From Macrostomum lignano (taxonomy: Eukaryota), in contig NIVC01002566.1 in the NCBI GenBank assembly GCA_002269645.1, positions 62,001 through 126,000 on the forward strand: a stretch of DNA of 64,000 bases, in the 5' to 3' direction. Each line of letters opens with the position of its first letter. Within the stretch, counting starts at the first letter, position 1. Below the pieces are notes generated by a model. That model saw only the letters and a program-made list of their open reading frames with translations. It searched no databases and was not told where the DNA came from. Shown here one piece after another: positions 37,386 through 48,789 of this stretch. The position numbers and the translations under genes were made by a program.

Positions 37386-37802
37386 ATCAATCGATTTGAT
37401 CAATCAATAATCGCACCAATCGATTTGATCAATCAATAATCGCATCAATCGATTTGATCAATCAATAATCGCATCAATCGATTTGATCAATCAATAATCG
37501 CATCAATCGATTTGATCAATCAATAATCGCATCAATCGATCTGATCAATCAATAATCGCATCAATCGATCTGATCAATCAATAATCGCATCAATCGATTT
37601 GATCAATCAATAATCGCACCAATCGATTTGATCAATCAATAATCGCATCAATCGATTTGATCAATCAATAATCGCATCAATCGATTTGATCAATCAATAA
37701 TCGCACCAATCGATTTGATCAATCAATAATCGCATCAATCGATTTGATCAATCAATAATCGCATCAATCGATTTGATCAATCAATAATCGCACCAATCGA
37801 TT
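37386..37802. repeat. 29-bp minisatellite ATCAATCGATTTGATCAATCAATAATCGC
   Basis: About 14 copies; unit contains a near-palindrome. Confidence 0.95.
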
Positions 37803-38719
37803 AATAATGGTATCATCTCATAAAACAATAAAACATTCAATCATAGAACTTTAGGCACAGGTAAAATCAAGCAGTTTATAAAACTCGATAAGCAGCTGTG
37901 CTCGAAAAACTGCATGCTATACAAAGTTTACTATCCTTATTTCAATTTTCCCCTCCCCCAAATTTAGGAACAAACATTCATATACATGCACACGGGCAAG
38001 AATAATGGATACAGAAGCTATAATACAACGCTTACGTCAAACCGATCGCATGACACAGCAGATGACGCTATCCCATCATCGGGAACCGCCCCCCACCGTC
38101 ACCGGGCCTTCCTTACATTTCAATTGAGCCCTAAAATCCAGCTAGCTATAGAGAGAAAAGCCAAGCGAAACAAAGCATCAAAGAATGCGAGACAAACATG
38201 GAAGTCACCAGTCCAGGTTGGGATTAGATAGATAGATAGATGGGAGACACGATAAAAGGCATGGCTGCAAAGAGAAAGGCATTTCAAATAAATTTAGCAA
38301 AAGCCGTTGAATACTTGGGCCAGCAGCCAGAGCAGAAGAGAGACTGTATGGCTTTGGCCAGCTCAATGCAGTGAATGAGTTGGCAATTGTTGCTGTTGCC
38401 ATTCTCCTCCACAAGCCATGGCCAACACACAACCGCCGCACCCAGTCCCACAGCTGGGAAACAACTCTGCTATTTCGGGCCATGGTTGAATAATTCAGAA
38501 AGGCAGAACGGCATTCTGCTCTGGTGGAGATGGGAGCTGGGAGGCTGCAGGTAGGAGAGGGAGGAGGCCAATGCAGCTCAACTAAAAGCTGAGAGGGATT
38601 TTTCAAGTTTGTTTTTTACAAACATTTTTTCTAACACTTCGTAGCGTTTGCGTGTGAGCTACTGATATACCTGTGTTAGTAGTATTTGAGGCTTTCGCTG
38701 AAACTACAAAGGCTGAGGA

Positions 38720-39390
38720 CGATCTGAGACGCTGGCCAAGCAACTGAGGATCCAGGAGGCTGGAAGCCCAGCACCTGAGGATCTGGGAGGCTGGCCCAGC
38801 AACTGAGGATCTGAGAGGCTGGCCCAGCAACTGAGGATCTGGGAGGCTGGCCCAGCAACTGAGGATCTGGGAGGCTGGCACAGCAACTGAGGATCTGGGA
38901 GGCTGGCCCAGCAACTGACACTGGGAGGCTGGCCCAGCAACTGAGGATCTGGGAGGCTGGAAGCCCAGCAACTGAGGATCTGGGAGGCTGGCCCAGCAAC
39001 TGACACTCTGGGAGGCTGGCCCAGCAACTGAGGATCTGGGAGGCTGGCCCAGCAACTGAGGATCTGGGAGGCTGGCCCAGCAACTGAGGATCCGGGAGGC
39101 TGGAAGCCCAGCAACTGAGGATCTGGGAGGCTGGCCCAGCAACTGAGGATCTGGGAGGCTGGAAGCCCAGCAACTGAGGATCTGGGAGGCTGGCCAAGCA
39201 ACTGAGGATCTGGGAGGCTGGAAGCCCAGCAACTGAGGATCTGGGAGGCTGGAAGCCCAGCAACTGAGGATCTGGGAGGCTGGCCCAGCAACTGAGGATC
39301 CGGGAGGCTAGAAGCCCAGCAACTGAGGATCTGGAAGCTGGCCCAGCAACTGACACTGGGAGGCTGGCCCAGCAACTGAGGATCTGGGAG
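38720..39390. repeat. 28/31-bp minisatellite GG(AAG)CCCAGCAACTGAGGATCTGGGAGGCT
   Basis: About 23 copies. Confidence 0.95.
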
Positions 39391-40253
39391 GGTAGCAGAT
39401 TAACTAAGGCAAAATGGTATAAAACTGATTAAGTACTGAAGAGGAAATTTGTTTAATACACATCTCAGGCACACTACATGCTTTTAAAATTGATGTATTG
39501 TGCAGCACATGACCATTAAAATATGCTAAATTTATATTTCACTCAATAAACCAAGTTCGGCATATTATGAAGATACTGATTGTATACAAACAAGCCGGTA
39601 CTGACAATATTATAACAAAAAACTGAATACATACAAACGAACCAAGCCACTTTCTTAAATAAAAATAAAAAGTTCGCATTGACCTGCACAGAACCAGTGT
39701 TTGTTGCATGCAGGAATCGGTAACTTTCACAGGCAATGTTGCAATACACTATTTTATAAATAGAAAAACACAATTCCTTCGGGTTACATTAAAGTTATGA
39801 ACAGAAAATTCGTATAGCCGTATATTCGTATAAAAACATATAGCCTAGAAAAAATAAAAAAACTTCACCACAAAAGCTCAATGTGTAAAATTAGGGAAAA
39901 TTCTCAGATAATAAACACACAAAACTCGGCTGGCTACTTACTTGCAAGAGAAGTCGCAGTAGTCAGTAAGGAAAAATATATGTAATTGTTTTATTATTGA
40001 ATTTCTACATATATCTGCATATGTTATGTTACATAAAAATGAGAAAACTAATTAGAAAAAGTTAGGCACAAAATAAGGTGTGTAAGATTTTATTGTGCAA
40101 TTTTTACCTTTATGCACCTTGTGTTTTCCGCTTTGAGTGCAGCTGGTATACAGGATCTGGGTATACAGCTGCAGCTGTATACCGAGCAAGAAAGAAAAGG
40201 GTGGCCAGCCAGGCCGATAAACAGTCCGGTTTTACTTTTGCCCGCTTGTGCCA

Positions 40254-40570
40254 GACTTTGATTTCTCTCCTTACTGCTCTCTCATTGGCTGAGCTAGCTT
40301 GGGCCTGCCCCTAGGCTGAGTTTCGTCTGTCTGACTTTGATCTCTCTCCTTACTGCTTTCTCATTGGCTGAGCCAGATTGGGCCTGCCCCTAGGCTGAGT
40401 TTCGTCCGCCTGACTTTGATCTCTCTCCTTACTGCTTTCTCATTGGCTGAGCTAGATTGGGCCTGCCCCTAGGCTGAGTTTCGTCCGCCTGACTTTGATC
40501 TCTCTCCTTACTGCTCTCTCATTGGCTGAACCAGATTTGGCGTGTCCATAGGCTGAGTTTCGTCTGTCTT
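40254..40570. repeat. 79-bp tandem repeat, 4 copies, each with a CCAAT-box consensus
   Basis: GACTTTGAT recurs at 40254, 40333, 40412 and 40491; each unit has CTCATTGGCTGA. Confidence 0.9.
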
Positions 40571-40656
40571 GCGCAGACAAACTACTGAGAAAAAATACTC
40601 TACCTATTAATTTGCGAGTGACATATTTGTGGCATTGCTATACTAATCACAGGCTA

Positions 40657-40926
40657 ATTGTAACACGATATAAATGTGTAAAGCGTGCACTAAACACTAA
40701 AAGCATTTAATGCACGCTAAAAGCGTGCTTAAATGGCTCGTGATCGCGTCTTGGCCGGAGTCATTTAATGCACGAGAAATATATATCGTGTTACAATACT
40801 ACTCAATACTTGGTTAACACGTTTTAAATATAGGATTCAATACTTGGTTTTGAGTGCTTAAATGTCTAGGTCACGAGTGCGCGAAGCCGAGACTCAAAAC
40901 CAAGTATTGAATATTATATTTAAAAC
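40657..40926. mobile_element. Two adjacent inverted-repeat (MITE-like) modules
   Basis: 16-bp perfect IR ATTGTAACACGATATA (40657-40672 / 40782-40797) and a 35-bp IR with 2 mismatches (about 40821-40855 / 40892-40926). Confidence 0.55.
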
Positions 40927-41247
40927 TACAATGCTTAAACGTTTGCTTTATTTAAGAATAAAGAAGTTTTATAGTTAAAGCTTTAAACAATTTATCTACT
41001 ACTAACCCCTGCTAATTTCATAAACTGCCGATATCGGAGCTATAATAAAAAGCCACTAAAAGCTAAAATACGACAGGTGCATAACTATAAACCAGTTCGA
41101 AGAAAAACGGAGAACACAATATACTTTAAAAAACGTCTCACCATGAGTTTATTTAGCTACAAAATTACCAAGGCCATTAACAGTACAATACCAACTCTTA
41201 CTGTGTGCGCGTGTCTTTGTGACCCAAACAATCTAAATATAATTTAA

Positions 41248-42991
41248 CTAAGATTGGTCGCCGCGCACTTTGTCTCTGGCCGTAGTTGAAGTCGATCCGC
41301 CGCCGGCAACGGCTCTGTCCGCATCGGCACCAATCGAAGCGTTCATCGCTTCCAATTCGTCATAGAGAAAGCTTCTCAACCGGAGCAGGTACTGCGGAAA
41401 CAGTTCAATATCGTTGTGGCCGGCGCCTTCAACCCACAGCGGGTCAACTGAGCGGGGCAGGCGCTCATAGATGGCCAGCCCGTGCGCGATGTTGATCACT
41501 TCGTCTTCTGTGCCGTGGATCACCAGGCAGGGAGAGTGGATTCTTGGCGCCTTCTCGATGCTGACGGCAACAAAATAGGGCGGGTTCGTTGAGGGTGGGA
41601 TGGTCGATCTGTGCTTGAGGGCTTTTAAGCAGAAACAAGTTTATTTTCTGGAATTTAGCCATAGTGCTGAAGACAGACCCTGAAGCCACAGCCTCTAAAG
41701 CCACAGCCCCTGAAGCCATTTCCTCTGAAGCCACAGCCCCTGAAGCCACAGCCCCCTCAAGCAATTTCCCCTGAAGCCACAGTCCCCTGAAGCCACAGTC
41801 CCCTGAAGCCACAGTCCCCTGAAGCCACAGTCCCCTAAAGCCACAGTCAGGGCCACAGTCCCCTGAAGCCACAGCCACCTGAAGCCACGGTCCTCTGAAG
41901 CCACAGTCCCCTGAAGCCACAGCCCCCTGAAGCCATTTCCCCTGAAGCCACAGTCCCCTAAAGCCACAGTCAGGGCCACAGTCCCCTGAAGCCACAGTCC
42001 CCTGAAGCCACAGTCAGGGCCACAGTCCCCTGAAGCCACAGTCAGGGCCACAGTCCCCTGAAGCCACAGTCAGGGCCACAGTCCCCTGAAGCCACAGTCC
42101 CCTGAACCACATTTCCTGAAGCCACATCCCCTAAAGCCACGCCCCTTGAGGCCACATTTCCTGAAGCCACATCTCCTGAAGCCACAGCCCCTGAAAAACG
42201 GCCAAAGCAGCTCACTTGGGAAAGGCATCGAAGAACCATGTCCGGCTGGTGTCCGGAAAAGCCACCCTCAGTCCGGACAGCAGCGGGCTGTGCAGCACAA
42301 CTCCTGCAGGGTTGACCCGGGTGGCCAAATCCACAGTTGGCACTGTGCCAATGGACTGGCCATAGAGTACAATCTCTCCTGGGGACAGATTGTACCTGCC
42401 AATCAACTGTTGCCAGGCGCAGTCAATATCGGCGTACAGATTCTTCTCGAGCGGCTGGCCAGTGCTGGCCCCGTAGCCTGAGTAGTCGTAGCTGAACACA
42501 TTCATATTGAGTTTACGGCCGAGATCAATGAGAAAGCCGCTCATTTGGCCCAGATCCACCGCGTTACCATGGGAAAAGAGCAGAGTGTACTTTGATCCTT
42601 TTCTAGAACGTACGGTACGAATCAGTACGCAAGCGATTGTGCTGCCTCTAGCCGTGTTGGCGGTGAAAGCTTCCAGACAGTCGGCCTCGTCCTCTGTGAG
42701 CTGCATCGCTGGCGGGGCGGCGGCCGGATCTTCCATGTCTGGCGGATTAATCTGGAATCTGGGACTGTGCATGTCGCCAACTAGCGAGTAGGTCGGCCTG
42801 GGCGGCAGGAAGGCCAACTTGGCGGCGATGCGCGACGGTAACGGCGGCCAGCAGAACAGGCGGCAGAGGTCGCGGCAGGTCATGGAGGCGCCGCCGCCGC
42901 CGCGCGCCCCGGCGCCTTCATCCTCGTGAGGCACGTACTGACCGGCGGCCGCTGACGGCGCCGCTCCGTGGTGACGTTGGCGACTGGACAT
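41248..42991 (-). CDS. ABHD17: ABHD17-family protein depalmitoylase, paralogue A; complement(join(41248..41560,42216..42991)), 362 aa (326 aa if the start is ATG 42883)
   Basis: [21 protein letters not shown]-terminus, [18 protein letters not shown], nucleophile [22 protein letters not shown]. Phase-2 intron AA|GTGAG...CAG|C. Confidence 0.93.
41678..42195. repeat. 15-16-bp minisatellite CCCCTGAAGCCACAG(T) in the ABHD17-A intron
   Basis: About 32 copies. Confidence 0.95.
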
Positions 42992-43014
42992 GGAAGGCTA
43001 GCGGAGTCGAGATA

Positions 43015-43460
43015 GGTTAAGGTTGGGTCAAGGTAGGTCAAGGTGGGTCAAGGTAGGTCAAGGTGGGTCAAGGTAGGTCAAAGTAGGTCAAGGTAGGTCA
43101 AGGTGGGTCAAGGTAGATCAAGGTGTGTCAAGGTGGGTCAAGGTGGGTCAAGATAGATCAAGATGGATCAAGGTGGGTCAAGTGGGTCAAGGTAGATCAA
43201 TGTGGGTTAAGATAGGTCAAGATGGGTCAAGGTAGATCAATGTGGGTCAAGATAGGTCAAGGTGGATCAAGGTGGGTCAAGTGGGTCAAGGTAGATCAAT
43301 GTGGGTCAAGATAGGTCAAGATGGGTCAAGGTAGATCAATGTGGGTCAAGATAGGTCAAGGTGGGTCAAGGTAGGTGAAAATGGGTCAGAATAGGTCAAT
43401 ATGACTAAAATAGGTCAAGATACGTAAATATGGGTCAAGTTGTGTCAGTGTGAGTCAGAA
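43015..43460. repeat. 10-bp minisatellite (A/G)GGTCAAGGT immediately 5' of ABHD17-A
   Basis: About 40 copies, degenerating with distance from the gene. Confidence 0.93.
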
Positions 43461-44467
43461 TGGGTCAAAGGCATAGCCGGTGGATTAGTTTAAAATCGAA
43501 TAGAAGACCTCCACGTCCTCAGTTGATGGTGCAGTTGCGCCCGACCTCAACTTAGCTGCTGGGTGTGCGCATGCAAAAACGAGATGAAATCGATTTAATT
43601 GCAAAATCTACCCACCATAAATTTTGTACTTTGAAAAGTTAAAATTGACACAGAATCAAAGAAATGATTTACAGCTTGTCCAATTAGTAAATTTAACTGT
43701 ATCCAAATGATTATTTAAAAGAATATCTATTGAAATATTCAGAAAAAATTGTTTTAAAGTCTAACAGACTGGCGCTCGCTTGACTAATAGTTAGGAGAGT
43801 ATTGTAACAAGTTAAATTGACAACAGATTTTTAAATACAAAAAACAACACTGCTTATTCCTGTTACGAGTCTATAAATGTCATATAATGGGTAAAACCAA
43901 AAGAAAAATATGAAATGTAGTTCGCATTCCAAGGAATCAATATGATTGAATGCAGAAACCAGAGAGAGACATGATGTGTGTGTGTAAAGACCATATTTAC
44001 AAAGGGAATGCCTATTCAATATTAATACGAGATTTTTCCAAAAAAATTTTAAAAGAAAGCTCTAAAACCGTAAAAAAGCAACTTTAAACGAATACTCTCA
44101 GTACTTTTAGAATAAACATATTTTAATAAAAAACTCTGGACTTTATAACCATTTACAAATTATAATTTTAATATTTAATATCATATTTTATAGTACATAA
44201 CAACTTTTAATTTAAGTACGCGTGTACTTGTCAAGTACATATGTACTAGTTTAAAACAAAAGTACACGTCACAGTTTGTTACAAAAGTACACAAGCACAG
44301 CAATAATATTGGACACAGATTCAAGTGCAAATAGTACAATTATATACAGGAACCAATTCGCCTTGAAAATCTGTACATAATAAGTTAATTAAAATAAATA
44401 TTACAATACTTGGACAAGACAAATGCTTTAAACAAGTGAATTGGTAACAGGCAATTCAGTAATCAAA

Positions 44468-46465
44468 CTAGATTAAGCCTCTATGCTCGCAATCCACTGC
44501 TACATCACCGTTTCCAATGTCTCCTCGACTGCCGCCGTCTCCAGTCTGCTTCTGGGCATCCCGCTGCTGTTGCTGCTGCTGCTTCTGCAAATGGTCCAAT
44601 TCTCTATGTAGAAATGAGCGCAGCCGCTCCAGGTACTGCGGGAACAGTTCGATATCGTTGTGCCCGGCGCCTTCGATCCACAGCGGCTCAACAGCCGGCT
44701 GAGGCAGCCGATCGTGAAGGGCCAGGCCGTGAGCAAAATCAATCACCTCGTCCTCGGTGCCGTGAATGATGAGGCAGGGCGAACGGATTCTGGGCGCCTT
44801 CTCGATACTGCGGGCCGATTGTGAAAGTTTTAGTTAGTACACGTGCACTTTAATTTCAAGTACTTTAAGTTCATATGTACTTCTAAATAAAAGTACACGC
44901 GCAATTTTTAAGCCAGAATTTGCACATTGATCTAACAAAAGTACACGGTGAAACGTTATATTGACTATAGCATGTCACTGCTAAGGACAGCGAATTACTG
45001 TCTAAATCTAGGACACCATAACTATAAACTTCGCCCGTACTATTATGAACAAAGAAAGACTACACGCTCGCATATAAGATAGCGAAAGCGGGTTCAGTGA
45101 GGCGCCCCTGATCTTGCCTTCTAAGCCCAGACTGCCCAGTTATTAAGCGGAAAAAGCTGTCTAGCTGGATTATAGGCATAGAGAAGACGGCTAGCAAATA
45201 TGATGAATTTAAAATCACATACAGACTTGCAAAGTGCACTACATACGACTGTTCCAAAAAACTTCAATCCAATAGCAGTCTGATTCAAGCCACACCCCTG
45301 AAGCCACACCCCCTGAACCACATCCCCTGAAGCCACCCCGGGCCTGGGCCACAGCCCTTGAAGCCACAGACGCTGAAGCCACACCCCTGAATCACATCTC
45401 CTAAAGCCACACCCCCTGAACCACATTCCCTGAAGCCACACCCCCTAAACTACATCCCCTAAAGCAACACCCCCTGAAGCCACCCCCGGCCCTGGGCCAC
45501 AGCCCTGAAGCTACAGCACCTGAAGCCACAGCCCTTGAAGCCACAGACGCTGAAGCCACATCCCCTAAAGCCACGCCCCTTGAGGCCACATTTCCTGAAG
45601 CCACATCTCCTGAAGCCACAGCCCTTGAAGCCACAGACGCTGAAGCCACATCCCCTAAAGCCACGCCCCTTGAGGCCACATTTCCTGAAGCCACATCTCC
45701 TGAAGCCACATCTCCTGAAGCCACATCTCCTAAAGCCACATCCCTTCAAGCCACAGCCCCTGAACAACGGAGAGCAGCTCACTTGGGAAAGGCATCGAAG
45801 AACCATGTCCGGCTGGTGTCCGGAAAAGCCACCCTCAGTCCGGACAGCAGCGGGCTGTGCAGCACAACTCCTGCAGGGTTGACCCGGGTGGCCAAATCCA
45901 CAGTTGGCACTGTGCCAATGGACTGGCCATAGAGTACAATCTCTCCTGGGGACAGATTGTACCTGCCAATCAACTGTTGCCAGGCGCAGTCAATATCGGC
46001 GTACAGATTCTTCTCGAGCGGCCGGCCAGTGCTGGCCCCGTAGCCTGAGTAGTCGTAGCTGAACACGTTCATATTGATCCGTCTAGCTAGGCCAATTAAA
46101 AAGCTACTAATCTGACCCAAATCCACGGCGTTACCGTGAGAGAAGAGCAGGGTGTATTTTGACCTGGCGTGCGCCCCGGCGCTAACCATCATACAAGCTA
46201 TTGTGCTGCCATTCGCTGTGGTGGCCAGAAATGCGTCTAGAAATCGGGATTTATCCTCGTTGGAGAATTGGAACTCGGCTCGGTCGCTCAGGTGCAATTG
46301 AAAGGCAGGCGAGGCAACCCCGTGACGATCTGCTGCCGAGGTAGTTGCGTCAGCGCTGGTCACAAGAGAATAAGTTGGCTCGGGCGGTAGGAAGGCCAAT
46401 TTAGCGGCAATGCGGGATGGCAAAGGGGGCCAGCAGAACAGGCAGCACAGATCCGCGCAAGACAT
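44468..46465 (-). CDS. ABHD17: ABHD17-family protein depalmitoylase, paralogue B; complement(join(44468..44807,45783..46465)), 340 aa
   Basis: [58 protein letters not shown]. Same phase-2 intron position as paralogue A. Confidence 0.93.
45290..45763. repeat. 15-bp minisatellite CCTGAAGCCACA(T/G/C)CY in the ABHD17-B intron (same family as paralogue A intron)
   Basis: About 30 copies; shares exact sub-blocks with about 42115-42195. Confidence 0.93.
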
Positions 46466-46574
46466 GCTTTGTAGTTAATTCCTTGGCTCCGTATCGTATA
46501 TATAATATTTATCTTTTATCCACTTCTTGCTGCACAACTGAACTGGAATAAAACAGTAAAAATCAGGCCAATTT

Positions 46575-46767
46575 AAGGTCATGTTTTTCTACATGTGGTG
46601 GCGTCGCCACACACACCCTCAATTACCCCAGCTAATGCTGGCATCCATTTTACAGCTGGGTGAACTGAGCAAGTGTCTTGCTCAAGGACACAAACTTTAC
46701 CAGTGGGATTGGGAATTGAAACCCCAACCTTGAACTCTTGAGTCTAATGCCCTAACCACTAGGCAAC
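46575..46767 (-). mobile_element. tRNA-derived SINE with CORE-like central domain
   Basis: Minus strand: A box GCCTAGTGGTTAG, B box GGTTTCAATTCC, then GTGTCCTTGAGCAAGACACTT...CACCCAGCTGTAAAATGG, resembling the CORE/V-type central domains of metazoan SINEs. Confidence 0.75.
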
Positions 46768-48789
46768 AATCCTCTCGCTGATACTTATTATCAATATTTG
46801 AAGCTGATAATAATAATAAAATATTAAAAGTCTGTCTAAATTAAATTTGAAACTTTCACCTAATGAATTAGAAATATTTAAGATTTACTAAAGCTATTCA
46901 TGCAAAGATTTAGCATACAGTAAATATTTACTTTAAAAAATCATATTACAGGCTTAAGCTTTCTTATTAAACCCAGAATTTACCAAAAAAACTTTAGGTT
47001 TTCAATTTTTCTAGGTAGTGGATAATTAGATATAATTAGATAAAACTAAGTCCCATATTTGAGTTGCATCATTGGTCACAACTAGGGTTTAACTGTGTTT
47101 GCCCACTAATTTGAACGGCAGTCAATTGACATGCAAACCAGACTCTAGAAGGTTACAGAAAATTCCAGTGTACAAATGACCCTTTCAAAGTTAGCATACA
47201 AATTTCAGCATACAAATCCCTATTGGAATAAATTCTGAAAAATTGTGAATATATATCAAGGGTCAAAGGGGTGCCAAGGGGTCACTCTCCAATGTACATA
47301 GGCTATGTCAATGGGTCACTTTAAAAGTCACTCACACAAGTGGTCACAAATAGCATAGTGCCAACTCCTGACTCCTGCCTGGCAGAAAATGTGCCACATT
47401 GCAAGGTCATTTTGAAAATATGCCAGACAGCCATCTGCTATTTAGCAACTTTTTCCAATAGAAATACAAATTCATGCCATGCATTAAGATTTTAATTTAA
47501 ATTAATATTTTATACAAAAAAATAAAAATATGTAACACTATATGTATAACAGTCAATGATGAAATTTTAGCTTTTTTATAATTAACATTAAAAAATAGAC
47601 CCTAGTGAAAATTACTGGTAAAAACTTTAATTATACATTATTATTTTTAGAGGTATAAAATTTAATATTTGTTGAAAACAAGAACTTTTACAATATTTTT
47701 AGACCTTGCTTAGAAAAACCTTTCTTAGGAAACTTAAATTGTAATAACTAAATGGCCTTTTTAGTGAACTTTTGACATGCATTTTAGGAAAATTTTGTTT
47801 TTGGTGTATACTGGCATATATTCCACACTCTGGATCATCCGATTCATGTAGTATATACCCAAAAATGGCCTTGCACACAAAAAGTAGGTGAGCACAGTTG
47901 GCATGTATAACTGCTAAGAGAATGGAAGGTGTGCACCTTATAGAATCACATGGAAGAGTTATTGTTGAGTGGAAAAAAATATGGAAAAAGTTCATTTTAA
48001 GCATAAATTTCAAACTTTCCAGTTTTTTAAGCTTGTAATAAGGCATTCAAACAAATATTTGCATGTATCAACTTTTTGTTATAAATAGTATCAGCAAAAA
48101 AGCTAAAATTCAACCAAATTATCAGCCAAAAAGGGTCCCTTATACAATGCTATAAAGGTTCTTTATTGTTTCAACATAAAAATGGTCCTTTATTATTGCA
48201 ACATTGGCATAGATTTGACAGTGAGTATACATTCAAAATGTTTTTATGAGCATTTATAATTATTTAATTTTTGTTTGAACATGCAATTAGCATAATTTAG
48301 AATATAGCATTCATTTAGCTAAGATAGGATTCTTGTTCCATCATATAGTAGACCCTAGCATGCAAACTCTTATATCAGATTTGTTAGATTACTAATATAA
48401 TTACTTACTTTGTATAATATAATATACAATAATTTGAATAAAGATTGATATAAAGAATAAAATAGATCTCAAAAAATAAATAATACTTTTGACTATAGCT
48501 AACTTTTAAATGCATACCCAAACAAAATTTTAAGAGTTTACAAATGCACAGCACAAAAATGTGGTGCTTTTAAAAAACTGGTGCTTTTTTAGGAAAATCT
48601 ACTTGTGAAAAACAAATGACCTTTTGAGGAGGAATTTTTTGTGTACATTTTAGGGAAATTTTTTGTTTTTGGCATATACTAGTATATATTTAACTAAGAT
48701 GGGATTCTTGTTCCAGTGTACACTACTATACAATCTAGACCCTGGCTTGCAAACTTTACTAATGACTAGATAATTACAATACTTTGCAG

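Noticed and set aside
38603-39375. Three overlapping minus-strand ORFs (LPDPQLLGQPPRSSVAG)
   Set aside because: 28/31-bp minisatellite; all three frames give the same cyclic peptide.
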